A stretch of DNA of 64,000 nucleotides from the human T2T-CHM13v2.0 reference genome, Homo sapiens: the NCBI RefSeq assembly GCF_009914755.1, contig NC_060936.1. One strand, 5' to 3'. The position numbers and the translations under genes are program-made. Below are positions 57,936-64,000 of the stretch, piece after piece (positions within the stretch are counted from its first letter, which is position 1; every line of letters starts with the position of its first letter). The notes below the pieces were generated by a model that was not told the origin of the DNA, ran no database searches, and saw only the letters and a program-made list of their open reading frames with translations.

Positions 57936-58545
57936 TAGGACCCAACCCGGTACCAAAATGAAGAAAATGACCCTACAGGACCCACAATCCCGGATGATGT
58001 GGCTTCCTTGGATGACACAGGCCCTGGACATTACCTGGGGGATGCTGAAGAAGACAACTCAGGAGGCCAAGCAAATCCTGCTCCAGGCACAGACACCATT
58101 CACTCCAGGTAATGTGTTCCTCGCTATGCTGTTGTACATTGCAACTCTCGTAGGGTATTAAGCTTTTTTATTCTCTCACTTTGCCTGCTACCTGTAACTG
58201 CTACACTCTATTGGGCCCATCTTCTAGATCTGCCTTTTTTCCCACTCTGTTACTTGGGCAGACACTCCCTTCCCAGGCTCTAATAACGTGACTGATTGGC
58301 TAGGAGGGATTGACATACCCCCCAGTGGGGTCCCTCAGTAATGGCACACATTGGACTGAGGTGCTAAGTAACACTACATATCACACCTTGATTGGAAAAG
58401 AATAATACTGATTATACTCATGTTTGTCTTATGTTATTTACTGGTTCTGGGATGTAAAGCCAGAACACAAGCTGTAACTGCTGTGCCAGTCAAAACTGTT
58501 GCTGTGCACATCTGTATGCTTCAATCAACAAAACCTAGTGCAAAA
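57930..58545 (+). pseudogene. env: Decayed env remnant: leader and SU start joined to the TM membrane-spanning segment
   Basis: 'ITWGMLKKTTQEAKQIL...TPFTPGNVFLAML' resembles the HML env leader; hydrophobic 'LDWKRIILIILMFVLCYLLVLGC' follows ~58387. Confidence 0.75.
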
Positions 58546-58585
58546 AAACCCCCAAAAAACAAAAAAAAACCAGAAAAGAGGGAGA

Positions 58586-59040
58586 TGTGGGGGATCACTC
58601 AGAGTGGTGGGAAAACTATATGGAAAGGACGCAAATCTTCTGAAAGGTCAGAAGTTTCTGCAGAGCCCCCAGGGGAGAATAGCTGAAGGCAGCTGTTCTA
58701 TAACCCTGAGGCAAAGGGCAAGGAGTAGCTACAAGGGAATGTGGGGGAATTTATCTCAAACAAGCTTGTTTAGTTATGTTGACCAGGAACTGACCTTTGA
58801 TCATCCATGCGCATGACTCTTCCTGAAAGGGGAAACAATAAATGTTAATTACCTACAGGTTGTGTGGGCTCCAGGTTTTCGGCATTGTGCCTGCACTGAA
58901 TAAAAGCAAGCAGCTCCAGCTTCTTGGGGCTGCTCTCTGGTCACTAGAGCCAGGCAGTCACCCAGCTGCTCTTACGCTACATACTTGTGTCTGAGTACTC
59001 ATTTCATCTGTTGGCCAGGATTTGCGGGACAGACCTAGCA
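58586..59040 (+). mobile_element. 3' LTR (LTR22-like), preceded by a polypurine tract at 58574-58585
   Basis: aaaagagggaga|tgtgggggatc...cagacctagca. Confidence 0.92.
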
Positions 59041-59577
59041 AATTTGAGTCCATTTAAGAGTGAAAAGTAACACTGGTAGCAATCATTTGAAAATGTGTCA
59101 GAATACCAGTGACACATATACACCAAAAATCCATGTAAGATACCAACAAGTAAGTCAGGTCATTCACAAGATAGTGAAGTTTCAGAATCAAGTCACTAAA
59201 TTCACAAATAGTAGGTTAATTATCACATTTATCAATCTTTTATGATGATCTAAGAGTAAGCGAACTGATTTGTGAAAGTCACTCATTTGGTAAGACCTGG
59301 GGCCAAAACGTGAACAACGATTATTCTTATAGCAGATTTAATGGTTTTTCTGCTATATTAGATGAAAGATATCTCCTGTCTGTCTCTACACCATGTTGAA
59401 TGAGGAATGCCACCTGCCACTGTCTCTCAATCACAGTGAATAAGAGACACCATCTGCCTCTCTCTTTCCATCCTTTTGAATGTGGAGGGACACCTTCCTG
59501 CTTCAGGCCTGTTGGGCGTTTCTTAGGGCATGGTACTCCTTCAATTTCTCCTTACATGGGATCCGTCCAAGCTCTCA

Positions 59578-60041
<464 letters not shown>

Positions 60042-60673
60042 TCAAATAAAAGGGTGATTTTTGAAATTCTATTTGCAAATATTTAATATACTTCTGTTGT
60101 CAAATAATGGAGTCTTTATCTCGTTTTTAATACCTGGGCTTAGGAAGCCCACCCACAGTGAGCACAGGCCTTTTAGGTCACTCTGATAATTAAACCTGAA
60201 CCAGGGGCTGTATGCTTGGAAGATGACAGGTAATAATAATAATAATAATGATAGCAACAACACAACAATAACTTTTAGTGAGTGATATCTAGCAACAGGC
60301 AGTGAGCTAAGTCTTTTACATCATGGTCTAATTGATTGTTAGGATCCAAGGTCGCCTGGTAGGAAGGGAAGCCAGGACCTGAATGACATGTGTATGCCCC
60401 TGACCCTGATACTGCACAGGAAGACAAAGCCTTGTATCAGCAAGTACCAGGGCATTTTGCAAATGTGGGGATAACATTTGCTGAGATGTGAGCTGGATTT
60501 TGTTTTTCACTAACTTAGAAAATATTTCGTGCGAAACTGAAAACTACAATTCCCTTTCTCCTGCCTCCTTTATATTAATCTTGGCTATTAATTTTAACTA
60601 AAAACAGAAGTTAATAGCTCCAGTTGGCAGTTTAATAAGGAGCCTTGGTAGGGTGGGAGGTGGGGAAAGGGCC

Positions 60674-61270
60674 TGTAGTTTCCAAAGGCCACCCCAGGCT
60701 TCATAATTCAGTAGGAGGACTCACAGGACTCGGCATATAGTGTTATGCTGATAAGTTACCTTAACAACATAAAATCGAGTTGTTCTCTCAGGCTGTTTAC
60801 TAAGAAGTGCAAATAAATTCTCTAAATATTAAAAAATGTTTATTTTAGTTGTGCCAAGATCTGCTGGTTTATAATTACGGCTAAGTTTTACTACCACAAA
60901 AAGATATGAAGGACAGTCAGCCAACGTAAAAGGTGGATGGTGTGAAGTCTGGGGGAGACGAGCCTCAACCTCTCCCCATGGAGTCACACAGGACACAATT
61001 CCCCAGCGAATACAAGTGACAATGTGTGTGAAATCTGCCAGGTATAACAGAGAAGTCCATTAGAGACTCAATGCCCAGGATTTTTACTAGGGGCTGATTC
61101 CATAGGCACCCTCTTCCTGGGAGGTACTAAAATTCCAGAAGGAAAGCAGGTGTATGGCAGGGATTGTATTATTTGTACAAAATGTCTGGGCATAGTAAGC
61201 CACCTTTACCAGGTGCCAGCCAGGGTCTTCTGACAAATGCAGTCCTAGGCCTGCCAGGTTAAATCCTTAA
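60674..61270. mobile_element. Probable MER21/MER77-like LTR containing an inserted copy of nearby sequence
   Basis: 'ggccaccccaggcttcataattcagtaggaggactcacaggactc' and 'gagtcacacaggacac...gagactcaatgcccaggatttttactaggggctg'. Confidence 0.55.
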
Positions 61271-61489
61271 GAAAGGAGAAAATACAGGGCTGGACTTTAT
61301 ACTGTCTTAGAGAGAGAATGACAATGTTGGTGAATATTTACATACCATAAAACTTAGGTCACAGCTATACCTGTTCTGTATCTTATCAACATAAAATTGA
61401 GTTGCTCTCTCCAGCTATTTACTAAGAAGGGCAAATAAATTCTCTGAATATTAAAAGTGTTTATTTTAGTAGTGCCAAGATCTGCTGGT
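60765..61489 (+). repeat. ~105-bp direct repeat pair (60765-60869 and 61387-61489)
   Basis: Both copies read 'caacataaaat.gagttg.tctctc..gct.tttactaagaag.gcaaataaattctct...gtgccaagatctgctggt'. Confidence 0.9.
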
Positions 61490-61881
61490 CTGTAACATTG
61501 TGATTATGTGCAAGTGTCTGTGACAGAAAAGTATCTTAAGAGGATTCTGCAGAATAATGTGTTTGATATAAGCTAAATGGTTGACAGTTATCCTACTGTG
61601 TATCTTGCTGACTTGATCCTGGAATTTCACTGCTGTGTAAATGACCTGACTTTAGCCAGAAGCAGAAGTCTCCTTTGTCCTGGATGTTTCTCTTTTTAGG
61701 CCTGCATGTAAATCAGATGCATTTCTAAAAGGCAGTGCCAGCTAGTGCTTTTCACCACTCTCTACAAAAAGAGAGAGAGAGAAAAAAAATGCTCTCCTCC
61801 ACCGGCAAGTGTCCAGCATACTTTCTGCTCAGGCGGGTCTTGTAGGCACGGGAATGGGAAAAATTAGGTAGAAACTTTCCA

Positions 61882-62330
<449 letters not shown>

Positions 62331-62334
62331 CTAG

Positions 62335-63260
62335 AGAATGTAGCAGAGAAAGACGGGGCTATCTTCCATCCTTGTAAGTTCCTTAGCTGGGCTACAAATT
62401 AAACTGATGTAAGACAGACTAACAGGAGAAAAACCATATTGAACTATGCAAGTACACATGGGAGTCCCACAAAACATCAGAGTAGAAGAGACATGTGATT
62501 GAAGCTTATACAGGATCCTGAGCTACAGAAAGGAATATGGGCTTGGGGCTCCTAGAGGGAGGTGATGACACAAGTTCTGGGAGGGTGAGAGGAAGAAGTG
62601 TACGGTCGTCTTGTTAGGCAGTGTATTCGTGCATTTTCATACTGCTATGAAGAAATGCCCGAGACTGGCTAATTTATAAAGAAAAAGAGGTTTAATGGAC
62701 TCACAGTTTCACATGGCTGGGGAGGCCTCGCAGTCATGGCGGAAAGTGAAGGAGGAACAAAGGCACATCTTATATGGTGGCAGGCAAGAGAGTGTGTGCA
62801 GGGGAACTGCCCTTTATAAAACCATCAGATCTTGTGAGACTTATTCACTATCATGAGAACAGCACAGGAAAAAACCTCCCTCGTGATTCAGTTACCTCCC
62901 ACCCAGTCCCTCCCATGACATGTGGGGATTACGGGAGCTACAATTCAAGATGAGATTTGGGTGGGGACACAGCCAAACCATACCATGCAGATAAAAAGTC
63001 TCTCAGGTAATAAAAGTATCCAGGCTGCTGTCGACCTCCAGTGTTCTCTCCTGTAATCCAAGTTAATCTTCTCTGATTGATAAGATTCCTTCCTAGGCAG
63101 GGAATTCAAGACAATTGAGTTCCTTTTGGAGGATCCCTTTTTAAGCAGATAAGACAAGCTCAAAGAAAGCCTCTGCCTGCACCTTCTGTTTACCAAATTC
63201 CCTTGGTTCAAAGTAATTAGTCATACCAAAGTGTCATATTTTGGGTGGCATTTTCTGCAC
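62335..63260 (-). mobile_element. Probable ERV1-class LTR interrupted by THE1
   Basis: LTR-like text continues across the THE1 TSD and ends near 'gtgtcatattttgggtggcattttctg'; family unresolved. Confidence 0.55.
62622..62985 (-). mobile_element. THE1 solo LTR
   Basis: tgtattcgtgcattttcatactgct...gccaaaccatacca; TSD ggcag/tgcag. Confidence 0.92.
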
Positions 63261-64000
63261 TCCTTCCAGGGAAATTGAATATGTTACAGTTCCCTCACTC
63301 TGCTTAAGTGTACACCACAAACATTGTAAGATGCCACAGGTAAACCATTTTTCTCCACAAGGGCTTTTATGCATCATAAACAATTTTTGTACAGCTCTCA
63401 CGGCCCTCTTCACAAGTGCTTCCTCCCACTGAGTTCAGGGGAGGAACTGGTGCAGGTGAGTGTTTACAAACACTGCACCTGGCCAAATGACTGCAGTGTC
63501 AACAAGAAATCCCACAAGAGTTCTTCAAAAGCCATCTTTTTTCACCCAAGCTATTTCTGTAAGGTGGATGTTTTCATTACTTTTTCTCATACAAACCAGA
63601 AAGTGAAAAAAGCTGAAACCAAGGTCTGTGTAGATTACATTGTGAAGTGTTTCTGTGTTCATCATCATCCTGACCTCCTTTCCTCATTTCTTTGGAAACA
63701 AGTAATTTTTTCAGCAACATTGGCTAATAATATGTACAGAAGCATTTTAAAGTGCCTGGTATATGTGTGGCTTTATTCTGTTGTCACAGTTAAATTCACT
63801 GGGTGAAGCTTGGTGCAAAATTCATTTTAATGAAATGCTTTGCAAGTCACAACTGAAGAGATGTGATCAGCATTGCTGTTCAACAAATGTTTATGAATTT
63901 CCTAAACAATAATTACATTTATATAAAAAAGCTGAATAAAAAGGAATAAATATAATTAGTATTTGGAAGGGCAAGAACTTCTGAATAAAAATGTTCATCT

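Larger units (their letters stand above)
55110..59040 (+). mobile_element. Internally deleted HERV-K HML-5 (HERVK22/LTR22) provirus, 3931 bp
   Basis: Two ~450-bp LTRs, a 6-bp TSD 'aatttg' (55104-55109, 59041-59046), a tRNA-Met PBS, a PPT, and betaretroviral gag, RNase H, integrase and env remnants. The Met PBS is the basis for the HML-5 call. Confidence 0.88.

Noticed and set aside
57664-58161. 165-aa retroviral ORF as a functional protein
   Set aside because: Integrase C-terminus running by frameshift into the env leader; the catalytic core upstream is disrupted.

Overview
Primate (human-like) genomic DNA, repeat-dense and apparently non-coding. I found no convincing intact protein-coding gene. 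The listed ORFs are Alu, LTR or simple-repeat read-throughs, or decayed transposon and retroviral frames. Main content: about 20 Alus, old L1/L2/MIR fragments, many MaLR and ERV1-type LTRs (several nested, with visible target-site duplications), a complete MST LTR-internal-LTR element (27591-30014), a near full-length decayed Tigger1 (39018-41417), and an internally deleted HERV-K HML-5 (HERVK22/LTR22) provirus with a tRNA-Met PBS and a 6-bp TSD (55110-59040). Signals the repeats do not explain: a 25-bp-arm pre-miRNA-like hairpin (13389-13462); a GC/CpG-rich block with an adjacent AluY skewed toward A/T-to-G/C changes (7620-9741); three local 100-180 bp duplications and several fold-back scars suggesting templated repair; a ~200-bp GAA/GAG tract; and candidate non-coding exons. 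I did not find evidence for a new multi-gene biological system. Everything was read by eye. Boundaries without a TSD and subfamily names are approximate.
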